A stretch of DNA of 64,000 bases, from the NCBI GenBank assembly GCA_963803915.1, contig CAWDOL010000014.1, positions 99,987 through 163,986 on the forward strand. Reading direction: 5' to 3'. The stretch comes from Candidatus Aminicenantes bacterium (lineage in GTDB: Bacteria; Acidobacteriota; Aminicenantia; Aminicenantales; UBA4085). Of the stretch, positions 1 through 11,245 are shown piece by piece. The number at the start of each line of letters is the position of its first letter. The stretch's first letter is position 1. The position numbers and the translations under genes are program-made. The notes beneath the pieces are model-generated. The model saw only the letters and a program-made list of their open reading frames with translations. It was not told the DNA's origin and searched no databases.

Positions 1-596
1 GCGCACGGTCCGCAGCTTCTACGATGACGGGCTGTTCGAGATCGCGTTGGGGACGATCTTCCTGCTCCTGGGCATCTACTTCTTCGGTGAGCTTGTCTTG
101 CCGGAGACCTCCTCCGTCCGGGCGTTCTTGAGCTTCTCCTTCATCTTCATCATCGTCTTCGCCGGGCTTCTGATCAACAAGATACTCCGCTTCCTGAAGC
201 GGCGCATTACCTACCCCCGCACGGGCTACGTCTCCTATCGCAAGGAGCGAAGCCCCAGGCGAAGATGGACGGCGGCCGCCATGGGCGCCGTGATCGGAGC
301 CTCGATCCCCTTCCTGACGCATTCCATCCCCTCCTTCACGGACATGCTGCCGGCGCTGATGGGCATCCTATGGGGACTCGCCATACTCCTCCTGGGCTCG
401 AAATCGGGGGTCTTTCGCTTCCATGCCCTGGCCGTCGTCTCCACGGTCATCGGAATCGCCCTGACGGCGTCGGGGATCGGCGACACCCGCGGCCTCAGCC
501 TCTTCTACGCTCTGTTCGGCGCCGCCATGATTCTATCCGGCCTGGCCGCGCTGTTCGTGTATCTGCGCAAAAACAAGCGCTCCGCGGAGGGCCCCG

Positions 597-607
<11 letters not shown>
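1..607 (+). CDS. Integral membrane protein of unknown function (5' end probably beyond window; the ORF track starts it at TTG 47). It is the first gene of a 3-gene cassette with the wHTH-ABC ATPase and ABC-2 permease.
   Basis: Open frame runs from the window edge. Product has 5-6 hydrophobic helices (LLGIYFFGELVL, FIFIIVFAGLLI, GILWGLAILLLG, AMILSGLAALFVYL). The stop overlaps the next start at 597. Confidence 0.45.
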
Positions 608-1870
<1,263 letters not shown>

Positions 1871-1886
<16 letters not shown>

Positions 1887-2605
1887 AGACCGTCATCTGG
1901 AAGGAAGCCAAAGAGATCCTCGGGCAGAAAGGCCGCTTCAAGGGCGGCAAGACCGGCATGCTCATCTTCATGGGCGTTTTCGGGATTCTGATGCCGCTGC
2001 AGAACGGCGAAGCCTGGATCCGGTCGCCTTTCGTCCTCGTCTACTGGGCCTGGATCCCGATCCTGCTGGCCAGCGGAGTCGTGGCCGACGCCTTCGCCGG
2101 AGAGAGAGAGCGGCACACCCTGGAAACGCTGCTGGCCTCGCGCCTTTCCGACCGGGCCATCCTGGCCGGCAAGATCGGAGCCGCCGTCCTCTACGGCTGG
2201 GGCCTGACCATGATCTGCGTCCTGATCGGCGCGGCCGCGGTGACGGCAGCGCACGGCAAAGGCAGGATCCTCTTCTACCCCTGGCCCATCGCCGGTGGGA
2301 TCCTGGTGCTGACCCTGCTCGTGGCCCTGTTCGGATCCTCCCTGGGTGTCCTGATCTCGCTCCGGGCGGCCACCGTGCGCCAAGCCCAGCAGGTTTTTTC
2401 GGTGGCCTTCCTCCTCCTGTTCGTCCCGATCTTCGCCCTACCTATGCTCCCGCCGTCCGCCAAGGCCGCCGTGATGGGCTGGGCGGCCAAAGCCAACGCA
2501 ACCGCGATCGGGATCGCCGTGGTCGCCGTACTCGCCGTCGCGGACGCCGTTCTGATCCTCGTCGCCGACGCTCGCTTCCGCAGGAGCCGGCTGATCCTGG
2601 ATTGA
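1871..2605 (+). CDS. ABC-2 type transporter permease
   Basis: 244-aa polytopic membrane protein directly after and overlapping the ABC ATPase. RBS GGAGGA lies before ATG 1871. About 6 predicted TM helices. Confidence 0.6.
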
Positions 2606-2758
2606 CGAAAAACGCCCTCCGCGTTCACGGCTTGGGAAATTCGGGCGGGAGGAAAGAGCGAATCGCGCGGCCCGCCCGAAGGGTAAAAACTCATGTTTTT
2701 GTATCTTCATGTGAACAAAAAATATTAGAATCTTAAGATTTTTTATGAATCATGCAGG
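2606..2758. other. AT-rich convergent intergenic spacer with a small A/T-tract hairpin motif (gcccgaagggtaaaaactcatgtttttg), shared with 46208-46236.
   Basis: Sharp GC drop relative to flanks. Lies between two convergent stops (2605 + and 2759 -). The motif recurs after the outer-membrane receptor gene at ~46210. Confidence 0.4.
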
Positions 2759-3604
2759 CTACGTGCGCCGCAGAACATAGTAGGCCCGCTCGCCGAAGAC
2801 GAAGTCGTCCAGGATGTAGCCGGCCTTGAAGTAGTGGATGAAGGCGGCCCGCATGGACTTCTGCCAGGCCGCGATGAGCCCGCCCAAGCCCTTGAGGTCG
2901 CGGATCGAGCGCGGGACCTCGACAAGCAGGACAGGTTCGAGCCTGCTATAGTCCGGCCGTCGCGGAGTGATGCGAGGGTAGAAGCCGTCGGGCCTCTGGG
3001 ACACCGCCTTGGGAAGAGCCTCGGGATCGAGGCAGGCCGGGGCGCTGATTCTGCTCTGGGGGGACCGCTCCTCCACCCGCCGCGAGGCGATCTCCCATTC
3101 CACAAGCAGGCGGTCCGTGGGCACGCCCGGCTCGAGAATCAATGAGGCCGCCGGCCCGTAAAAATCGTCCAAGTAGGTCCGCCCTATGGCGCCCAGGGTG
3201 TGGAGGTTGAGGTTGGCATTGCGGGCCTGGAGGGGATCGTACGTCCAGGTGATCAGGCTGTAGCCGCGGGCCAGGGCCTCTTCGCGCTGGGCCCATTTGA
3301 GGGTCTTGCCCAGCCCCAGCCCCTGGTGCTCGGGCAGGACCGCAAGATGGTGGGAATGCTGAATGGTCCGGCCGCCGTAGACGGCCGGGTAGGAGTAGAC
3401 ATAGCCCGCCGCGGCTCCCTCGACGAAGGCCCCCAGGAGAATCGCGCCCATGTGCACCGAGACCTTGAGCTGGTGGGGCGGCGTGATCTCCAGATCCGAT
3501 CGATTCCAGACGCGCCGCTGGATGCCGAGGCAGGCTTCGTAGTCCTCCGGCGAACGCAGCGGGCGGATTCTGATCGTGGCCGCGGGCTTACTCCTCCCTT
3601 CCAT
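2759..3604 (-). CDS. GNAT family N-acetyltransferase
   Basis: Two GNAT-like motifs (HHLAVLPEHQGLGLGKTL; ITWTYDPLQARNANL). ATG at 3604 (MEGRSKPAAT) preferred over upstream TTG at 3640. Confidence 0.55.
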   Translation of the reverse strand: MEGRSKPAATIRIRPLRSPEDYEACLGIQRRVWNRSDLEITPPHQLKVSVHMGAILLGAFVEGAAAGYVYSYPAVYGGRTIQHSHHLAVLPEHQGLGLGKTLKWAQREEALARGYSLITWTYDPLQARNANLNLHTLGAIGRTYLDDFYGPAASLILEPGVPTDRLLVEWEIASRRVEERSPQSRISAPACLDPEALPKAVSQRPDGFYPRITPRRPDYSRLEPVLLVEVPRSIRDLKGLGGLIAAWQKSMRAAFIHYFKAGYILDDFVFGERAYYVLRRT

Positions 3605-3689
3605 GGCCCGGATTTTGCGCCAATCCCCGGTGGGTGTCAACCGGGGGCGGGGTCCCTAAAATTGACAAACCCAGGCTGTTGCGGTTAGC

Positions 3690-4480
3690 ATGAGTCAACG
3701 CCAAAAGAGGATGATGCCGGTTGAAATGAGGATAGAAGCCTTCGGCCGGAGCGACGTCGGGCGCAAGCGCCAGGACAACGAGGACAGCTTCCTCGTCCTG
3801 GAGCTCGCCGGCAGGTCCGCGGGGGCCGAGTTCGAGTGGCTTCTGGCCGTGGCCGACGGCATCGGCGGCCACATCGGAGGCGCCCAGGCCTCGGCCGCGG
3901 CGGTCAGGGTTCTGACCGAGGCCTTCCCGCAGCAAGGCGCCGTCCCGGCCCGCGAAGCCCTGCTCGAGGCCGTCCGCAAGGCCAACGCCGAGATCTTCCG
4001 CCTGGCGGCCGGCATTCCCGACTCCGCCGGCATGGGCACGACCCTCGTCGCCGCCCTGGTCCGCCCCGGCTACGCCTTCATCGCCAACGTCGGCGACAGC
4101 CGGGCTTATGTCGTCCGCCGCCGCCGGCTCTTCCAGGTGACCCGGGATCACTCCTGGGTGGCGGAGCAGCGGGCCGCCGGCGGCATGAGCGAGGACGACA
4201 TCGAGCGATCGCCGTTCCGGCGCATGGTCACCCGCTCGCTCGGCTACGAGGCGACCGTCCGGGCGGACGCCTTCGAAGTCGAGCTGGACAGCGCGCGACG
4301 CGCTGCTGCTCTGCAGCGACGGACTGTACGGCCCGGTGCCCGAGCCGTCCTGGGCCGCGCTTTCCGCCGTAGTGGCGAGTCTGTCCCGGCTCTGCGCCGG
4401 GCTCATCCGGCTGGCCAACCGCCGGGGAGGGCCCGACAACATCACCGCCGTGGCCGCCCGGAACCGAGGACCCCACATGA
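3690..4480 (+). CDS. PP2C-family Ser/Thr protein phosphatase (Stp-like), with apparent +1 frameshift(s) near 4290 and before 4480
   Basis: RIEAFGRSDVGRKRQDNEDSF, AVADGIGGH, IANVGDSRAY in frame 0. The C-terminal motifs LLLCSDGLY and GGPDNITAV continue in frame 1. A TGA at 4478-4480 overlaps the kinase ATG (ATGA). Confidence 0.75.
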
Positions 4481-6415
4481 GCGAACAGCGGATCGGCAAG
4501 TACGTCGTCATCGAGGAGATCGGCCGCGGCGCCATGGGCGTCGTCTACAAGGCCCTCGATCCGCTCATCGACCGCGTCGTGGCCGTCAAGACCATCCGCT
4601 TCGACATGTATCGCCAATCCCGAACAGCGCGAGGAGGCCCAGAAGCGGTTCCTGCGCGAGGCCAAGTCCGCCGGCCAGCTGTCCCATCCCCACATCGCGA
4701 CCATCTACGAGGTCGGCGAGGACCAGGGCCAAGCCTTCATCGCCATGGAGTACATCGAGGGCCGCAGCCTGGAAGCCTGGCTGGCCGAGAAGCAGCGCTG
4801 GCCGGTCGAAGAGGCCGTCCGGTTCATCATCGAGGTGGCCGAGGCCCTGGAGACGACCCACCGCAAGAACATCGTCCACCGCGACATCAAGCCCGGCAAT
4901 ATCCTGGTCGACGCCGACGGCCACCCCCACCTGGTCGACTTCGGCATCGCCCGGATCCCGGCCTCGACCCTGACCCAGACCACGGCCGTCCTGGGCACGC
5001 CGTTCTATATGGCGCCCGAGCAGGTCGCGGCCCGCAAGATCGACCACCGGGTCGACATCTTCGCCCTGGGAGCCATCTTCTACGAGATGCTGACCCTGGA
5101 GAAGCCGTTCACCGGCGACAACCTGACCACGGTCGTCTACAAGATCATGAACGAGGAGCCGCCGCCGCTGCGCCAGTTCTCGGCCAACCTGCCGCAGGGG
5201 CTCGATCCGATCATCCGCAAGATCCTGGCCAAGGACCCCGACTCCCGCTATCCCTCCTGCCGGGCCCTGGCCAACGACCTGATCCGGTTCGCCGAGGAGG
5301 CCGGGTTCGAGACCGGACGCAAGCCGCAGGCCGAAGCTTCGCTGACCGAGACCAGGAAGATCAAACCGCTGACGGCGGCCAAGCCGGCGAAAACGAAGCC
5401 GCAGGGGCCGGCCGCCTCGCGCAAGCCCCTGCTGATCGTCGGAGCCGCCATGGCCGCGGTCGTCGTCGTCGCGGGCGGCCTCCTGCTCTTTACCAAGAGC
5501 GACAAGGGGCAGCCCGGCCCGACGATGGAGACTCCGGCGGTCGTCGACCCGGGCGCCGGCGAACCGTCCGCCAAAGCGGAGGACAAGCCCGAGGCCGGGA
5601 TCGAAAACAAGCCCGAAAACAAGCCCGCGGACAAGCCCGAGGACAAGCCAGCCGTCAAGGCCGCGGACAAGCCCGAGGACAAGCCCGAGAGCAAATCCGC
5701 CTTCCGCCTCTTCGACCCTACCACCGCGGGCGGGACCGTCAAGCCACAGAACCGGCCCGCTGATCCCGGGGCGGAGTCCAAGCCGGCGACGGTACCGGCC
5801 GTGAAAACGCCTAAACCGGCCCCCGACGCCGGCAAACCAGCGGTCAAGGTCGATCCGAAGGCGGGCAAACCCGACGAGAACAAGCCGGTGGAGCCGGGGC
5901 CGACGGACGCGGCGGCCGAGGCCGCGGCCCGCGCCGCCCAAGCTTGGGCCAAGGGGGACGGCAACGGGGCCATGGCGGCTATCCGCGAAGCGCTGAAGAT
6001 CGACCCCGAGAACGCGGCCGCCAAGTCGTTGGCCCGCGACATCGCCCTGCGAGGGGCCGAAGCCGAAATCCAGACGCTCGTCGACGGCTACCTGGCCGGC
6101 TTGAAAAAGGACGCGCTGGCGGCCTTCTACCAGGCCAGCGCAACGTCCGCTTTGGCCGGGCGCCTCAAGGGCGACCTGGCACTCATGGACAAGGTCTACG
6201 ATAAGTTCAACGGGACCGTGGGCGAGGTCAAGCTCGACTCGCGCAACGCCCAATACCCCCGCTTCGCCGTGCGGGCGTCCTTCCCGCACACGATCACCGG
6301 CCGCAAACGGTCCAACTGGAAGAACGAAACGATCTTCCAGGGCGTGTACACCTGGACCCTGGAGAAGGACGGAGGCCGCTGGATCATCTCCGGCCTGAAC
6401 TTTGAAGCCCGCTGA
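4477..6415 (+). CDS. Hanks-type Ser/Thr protein kinase with TM helix, K/P/E-rich repeat linker and C-terminal NTF2/SnoaL-like domain (one apparent frameshift ~4615)
   Basis: IGRGAMGVVYKA...VAVK in frame 1, then HRDIKPGNILVD, DFGIA, GTPFYMAPE in frame 2. TM helix LLIVGAAMAAVVVVAGGLLLF. Repeat DKPEAGIENKPENKPADKPEDKPAVKAADKPEDKPESK. C-terminal NTF2-like fold (WTLEKDGGRWIISGLNFEAR). Confidence 0.8.
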
Positions 6416-6432
6416 CCGAAAAAGGAGCCGCC

Positions 6433-7605
6433 ATGACCGTCCGAACTAAAACCGCGCTGCTTGTTCTCTTGCTGGCTGCCGTTCTCGCCGCCCCCCTCGC
6501 CGCGGCGGCTCAACCTATCAAGATCAGGGTCACCTCGGCCTCGGCCGTGCTGCGCCTGAGCGCCAACCCCCGCGGTGAGGTGGTCGTGGACAAGGTTCCC
6601 CTGGGCACGATCTTCGAGGTCGTCCGCAAGACCTTCACCTGGTTCGAGGTCCGCCACCGCTCAGAGATGGGCGTCCTCCTGACGGCCTTCATCAACGAGT
6701 CCGACGTCGAGGTCATCGGCGAAGTTCCCGCGCCCGCCAAGGTCAAGCCCGCGCCGCCGGCCAGGACCTCGGCACCGAGGCCGCAAGCCGCGCCCCGGGC
6801 GGCGGGAGGCGGAGGCTTGGAGCTGTCGATCGGCGGCGGCCTGGCCATGCCCGGCTTCAAGGACTGGAGCGGCGCCTACTCCGATACCTGGAGTTGGAAC
6901 CTCCTCCAGAGCGTCAGTGAATCGGGGAGGCTGTCCCTAACCGCCAAGAGGCCCATCCATATGGGCCTGGCCGTCGCCTACTTCCTGAGCGACACGTTTG
7001 GGATCCGCCTTCGCCTGGACTACCTGACCAAGCAGAGCTTCCAGGACGGGAAAGGCACCTACAGCATGACCTGGACGTGGTCGGTCGCACCGGGCGGCCC
7101 CTTCACCCAAGAGACGGAATGGCCCCTGTCGGGGGAGCTTTCGGCCCTGCCGATCAGCCTGAACGGCGTCTTTCAGTTCGTCTCCGGCCCCTCGTTCTCG
7201 GCCTGGGGAGAAGCGGGCCTATCGATCGTCATGGCCAAGCTGTCGGCTTCAAGCACCATCGGCTATGCCACCTCGTGGACCAGCGGACCGCAGTACATCG
7301 ACTATATCCCCCTGCCCGCTCGAGTGGACGCTTCCAAAACCGCCTTCGGCTTCAATGCCGGAGTCGGAGCGGAGTACAAGATCGGCAGCTCGCTTGGGCT
7401 CTTCCTGGAAGCCGCCTACATCGCGGCCGGATCCATGAGCCAGGGCTGGACGGTGCCGGCCGGAACCTATGCCGGCGTAAACTATCCGTCCGTGCGCTGG
7501 AGCTTCAGCGATGATTTCGCCGCGGAGGTCGCCGGCAATCTCCCCGACCTCAAAGCCGCGCTCGGCTTTTTGAAGCTGGCCGCGGGCGTTCACATCCGGC
7601 TCTGA
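6433..7605 (+). CDS. Secreted protein: signal peptide + SH3-like domain + P/A-rich linker + putative outer-membrane beta-barrel
   Basis: Signal peptide MTVRTKTALLVLLLAAVLAAPLAAAAQ. SH3b-like segment (GEVVVDKVPLGTIFEVVRKTFTWFEV). PA-rich linker. C-terminal half has alternating amphipathic beta-strand character. Lies immediately downstream of the kinase. Confidence 0.4.
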   Translation: MTVRTKTALLVLLLAAVLAAPLAAAAQPIKIRVTSASAVLRLSANPRGEVVVDKVPLGTIFEVVRKTFTWFEVRHRSEMGVLLTAFINESDVEVIGEVPAPAKVKPAPPARTSAPRPQAAPRAAGGGGLELSIGGGLAMPGFKDWSGAYSDTWSWNLLQSVSESGRLSLTAKRPIHMGLAVAYFLSDTFGIRLRLDYLTKQSFQDGKGTYSMTWTWSVAPGGPFTQETEWPLSGELSALPISLNGVFQFVSGPSFSAWGEAGLSIVMAKLSASSTIGYATSWTSGPQYIDYIPLPARVDASKTAFGFNAGVGAEYKIGSSLGLFLEAAYIAAGSMSQGWTVPAGTYAGVNYPSVRWSFSDDFAAEVAGNLPDLKAALGFLKLAAGVHIRL

Positions 7606-7677
7606 ACGGGTGGGAACAGCACCCCGCGGAAACGGGGTCGGGACGAACAGGCGGCCGGGAGGATCGGCCCTCCCGGC

Positions 7678-8845
7678 TCAGGCGCCCAGCTTGACCATCT
7701 TGCGATAGGCGATGCGCTTATAGAGGGCGATCGCCCGCCGGGCCATGGCCAGGGACGAGAACCGCTCGTGGACGACCTGATGGCCGCGCGCCCCGAACCG
7801 GCGGGCCAGGTCGGGATCCTTGTAGACCGCGTAGACCGCTTCGGCCAGGGCCCGCGGGCTGCGGGGCGAGACGAGAAATCCCGTTTCATCGTTCAGGACG
7901 ACTTCGGGGACGCCTCCGACCTGGGTGGCCACCACGGGCAGCCCGGCCGCCATGGCGTCCATGGTCGACGCGCGCGGGCCCTCCTGCTCCGAAGACAAAA
8001 CGAAGCAGTCGAGCGAGGCGAAAATGCGGGGGGCCTCGTCCTTGAACCCCAGGAAGAAGGCCAGGTCTCCAGCGCCCAGGTCGCGGGCTAAAGAGTCCGA
8101 CCCCAGCTCGAGCGCGCCCCTTCCCAGGATGACGAGCTTGATCTTGGGCGCGCGCTCCCTCAGCATCCGGGCGGCTTCGATGATGTAGCGGTGCCCCTTG
8201 CCGTCCTCCAGATAGGCCTCGATGCCGACCAGGAAGTCGTCGGGGAGGAATCCGAATTCGCGGCGCAGGAAGGTCCTGTCGTCGGCGGCTTCGAAAGCGC
8301 CGAAATCGAGGCCCTCGGGGATGACCTCGATTTTATCCGGAGCGATGCCGCCGTGGACCAGAATGTCGCGGACGTGCTCCGAGACGGCGATGATCAGGTC
8401 CACGTCATGGGCGTACTTGCGCTTGCCGAAGAGGCCCGGCCGGAAGCGCGAATGCGGTGCGCCGCGAGACGATCCGGATGGGCACCTTGGCCCGGGCGCA
8501 TGCGGCGCCGCCGACGGTCACGGCCCGGGCGCCGTGGAAGTGGGCCAGGACGCAGCGGTGCTTGCGCATGGCCCGCGACAGCCCGAAGCCCGCGAATTCG
8601 CCGTCCCCTTTGATCCGGGCCTCCAATACGGGCAGGCCTTCGGCCTCGGCGGCCGCTACGAGCGGCGAGCCCTTCGGCAGGACCAGGCGGACGGGAAAGC
8701 CCTGCGCGGCAAGCTCGCGGGTCAACAGGAACGACGGCCGGCCGCCGCCCTCCCCATCCAGGCCGGCGTCAATCTGGAAAAGGCTCAATGCGCTCTCCCT
8801 TTCTCCAAATCTCTCCCAGCTTGGCATAGCGGACGAAGATGGCAT
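7678..8845 (-). CDS. Glycosyltransferase family 4 (GT1-fold), frameshifted ~8440-8460; start uncertain (ATG 8845, or TTG 8788 just inside the GT2 stop)
   Basis: N-terminal GT4 domain in the 8405-8845 ORF. C-terminal domain (...GGVPEVV..., typical GT4 C-terminus) in the 7678-8403 ORF. The two are joined by a -1 shift. Confidence 0.7.
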
Positions 8846-9542
8846 AGCCGTTGAAGACCGAGACGACGATCCCGGCGAATCCGTCCAGAAAGCCCCGCTT
8901 CAGGATGTAGGCCTTGAGGAAGCGGCCCGGCGGCAGGCACAGGAGGTGATACCAACGGCACTTTTTGCCTTGAGCGTAGAGCTTCTGGGCCCCCAGGTCG
9001 GCGAACGTGTCCAGGCGAGCCATGTGGTCGCCGATGTTGCGGTACGTGAAGTGGTGGATCGGGTTCTTGAAGCGCCGAACCTCGCCGGCGACGACCAGCT
9101 TCTCGTGGACGTACTCCCCTTCCCAACGGGCCGCATCCTTGCGGAAGAGGCGCACCTTGCGGTCCGGGTACCAGCCGCAGTGGCGGATCCAGCGCCCCAG
9201 GTAAAAGACCAGACGGGGCATGGAGAATCCGACGCAAGCGGGTTCTTCATCGCGCAGGGCCAGGATTTCGGTCCGCAGGCCGTCCGAGATCCGCTCGTCG
9301 GCGTCGAGCGATAGGATCCAGGGCTGAGTGGCCAGCCCGTTGGCGAAGTTCTTCTGGTCGGCATAGTTCGTCCATTTGCGGGTGATCACTTTTTCGGTGA
9401 AGGCCCTGACCATCTTGACGGTCCGGTCGGTGCTGAAGCTGTCGACGACGACGATCTCGTCGGCGATCCCGCTCAGGCTCTTTAGGGCCGCCTCGATGTT
9501 GGCTTCCTCGTTGTAGGTGATCAGGACGGCGGAGACTCTCAC
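8769..9542 (-). CDS. Family 2 glycosyltransferase (WaaE/KdtX-like, LPS-core type)
   Basis: VSAVLITYNEE...DEIVVVDSFSTD...LSLDADE motifs. 257 aa. Overlaps the 5' end of the downstream GT4 gene. Confidence 0.7.
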   Translation of the reverse strand: MRVSAVLITYNEEANIEAALKSLSGIADEIVVVDSFSTDRTVKMVRAFTEKVITRKWTNYADQKNFANGLATQPWILSLDADERISDGLRTEILALRDEEPACVGFSMPRLVFYLGRWIRHCGWYPDRKVRLFRKDAARWEGEYVHEKLVVAGEVRRFKNPIHHFTYRNIGDHMARLDTFADLGAQKLYAQGKKCRWYHLLCLPPGRFLKAYILKRGFLDGFAGIVVSVFNGYAIFVRYAKLGEIWRKGERIEPFPD

Positions 9543-9586
9543 GGCTTGAAAGTATCACAGGCCGCTCATTTTCCGCAACACAGTCT

Positions 9587-9743
9587 AATTGGGGGACACC
9601 ATACGTAATTCCCGAATACATTTGTTTACGCAGGGGGGGCCTGAATTGGGGGACGAGCTCGGCCGTCCTCATATCCGTGCATTCTTTGCTTTTCTTGATG
9701 GGGGACACCATACGTAATTCCCGAATACATTTGTTTACGCAGG
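9587..9743. repeat. Intergenic repeat cluster: two 44-bp direct copies (gggggacaccatacgtaattcccgaatacatttgtttacgcagg at 9591-9634 and 9700-9743) around an aattgggggacgagctcggccgtcctcatatc motif. Same family as the elements at 59444-59615 and 60233-60402.
   Basis: Direct sequence identity between copies. Motifs are shared with the other two loci. Lies in the divergent promoter region between the GT2 gene and the PLP-decarboxylase gene. Confidence 0.75.
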
Positions 9744-9802
9744 TCTCACTTCGGCCTTCCCCGGCTTGAATCACGGCCCACAAGCCCCTATACTGGCCGC
9801 TC

Positions 9803-11245
9803 ATGCCCGCCTACGAGGACCTGCTCAAAGCCGCCTTCGATCCGGAGACATTCCGGGCCGAAGCCGTCCGCGTCGTCGACCTGCTCGCCGCCCACCTGGC
9901 CGCCTCCAACCCCGAGGGGCGTCCGCAGGTCATGCCCTATGAAGACCCGGAGACGATGCTGGCCTCCTGGGCGAACCGCTTCGGCAAGGACCCCGCGGTC
10001 CCCTTCCCCGAGCTCCTGCCCGAGATCCTGGCCCGCTCGAACGACCTGCTCCATCCCCGCTTCGTCGGCCACCAGTGCACGACCGCCCTGCCGCTGGCCG
10101 CGCTGGCCGGATTCGTCGGCCAATTCCTGAACAACGGCACGGCCGTCTACGAGATGGGCCCGGTCAATACGGCCATGGAGCGCCACCTCGTCCGCTGGAT
10201 GGCGGGGCTGGCCGGCTGGGGCACTGAAGCGGACGGCATCCTGACGAGCGGCGGCTCGATCGGCAACCTGACCGCCCTGCTGGCCGCCCGCCAGGCCATG
10301 TCCGAACGCGACGTCTGGCGGGAGGGCGTCGGCGATATGCGCGGAGCCGTCCTCGTCTCGCGCCAGTCCCACTACAGCGTCAAGCGGGCCGTGGCCGTCA
10401 TGGGCTTGGGCGAGGACGCCGCCGTGCCGGTGGACGTGGACGAGCGCTTCCACATGACCGCGGACGGCCTGGAGCGTGCCTTCGAGGAGGCCGAGCGTCG
10501 CGGCCGCCGGCCCTTCGCCGTGGCGGCCAACGGCTGCTCCACGGCCACGGGCAGCTACGACGACCTGGCCATGGTTGCGGATTTCGCGACCCGCCGCGGC
10601 CTGTGGTTTCATGTCGACGGGGCTCACGGTGCGGGCGCCCTGCTGACCCCGAAATACAAGCCCCTGCTGCGGGGCTTGGAGCGGGCCGATTCCTTCATCT
10701 GGGACGCCCACAAGAATATGCTCATGCCGGCCCTGATCACGGCGGTCGTCTTCCGCGACGGCCGGCATTCGTACGAGGCCTTCTCCCAGAAGGCGTCCTA
10801 CCTCTTCGAGGGGAGCGCCGACGAGGAATGGTACAACTACGCCCACCGCACGCTCGAATGTACCAAAACGATGATGGGGATGAGGCTGTTCGTCTCCCTG
10901 GCCGCCTACGGCACGGATTTCTTCGCCGGCTACGTGGAGGCCATGTGGGACCTGGCCCGGGCCTTCGCCGCCAAGCTGCACGACTCGGGCGAGTTCGAGG
11001 TCGCCGTTGAGCCCGAGAGCAACATCGTCTGCTTCCGGTACCTCAAGCCGGGCGGCGCCGGCGACGCGGACGAGACGGACGCCCTGCAGCGGCGCATCCG
11101 CCGCACGCTGCTCGAGCAGGGCAAGTTCTACGTCGTCCAGACCGAGCTCGACGGCCGCCTCTGGCTGCGCTGTACGCTGATCAACCCGCGGACCACGATC
11201 GCGGACCTGGACGACTTGATGGCCGAGATCCGCTCGATCGCCTGA
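9803..11245 (+). CDS. PLP-dependent group II amino-acid decarboxylase (GadB/DdC/L-2,4-diaminobutyrate decarboxylase-like)
   Basis: SGGSIGNLTALLAARQ, DAHKNMLMP (PLP-lysine), 480 aa fold-type I. Confidence 0.8.
   Translation: MPAYEDLLKAAFDPETFRAEAVRVVDLLAAHLAASNPEGRPQVMPYEDPETMLASWANRFGKDPAVPFPELLPEILARSNDLLHPRFVGHQCTTALPLAALAGFVGQFLNNGTAVYEMGPVNTAMERHLVRWMAGLAGWGTEADGILTSGGSIGNLTALLAARQAMSERDVWREGVGDMRGAVLVSRQSHYSVKRAVAVMGLGEDAAVPVDVDERFHMTADGLERAFEEAERRGRRPFAVAANGCSTATGSYDDLAMVADFATRRGLWFHVDGAHGAGALLTPKYKPLLRGLERADSFIWDAHKNMLMPALITAVVFRDGRHSYEAFSQKASYLFEGSADEEWYNYAHRTLECTKTMMGMRLFVSLAAYGTDFFAGYVEAMWDLARAFAAKLHDSGEFEVAVEPESNIVCFRYLKPGGAGDADETDALQRRIRRTLLEQGKFYVVQTELDGRLWLRCTLINPRTTIADLDDLMAEIRSIA

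Noticed and set aside
3690-6415. Calling the phosphatase, kinase and other single-shift genes true pseudogenes
   Set aside because: The shifts lie in G/C homopolymers and also hit essential genes (mtnA, tatA), so sequence error is more parsimonious. They are kept as CDS with a note.
9587-9743. Possible mini-CRISPR array (two 44-bp repeats separated by a 65-bp spacer)
   Set aside because: There are only two repeat units. The 'spacer' itself contains a related family motif. The same motifs occur as nested inverted palindromes at 59.4 and 60.2 kb. No cas genes are present in the window.
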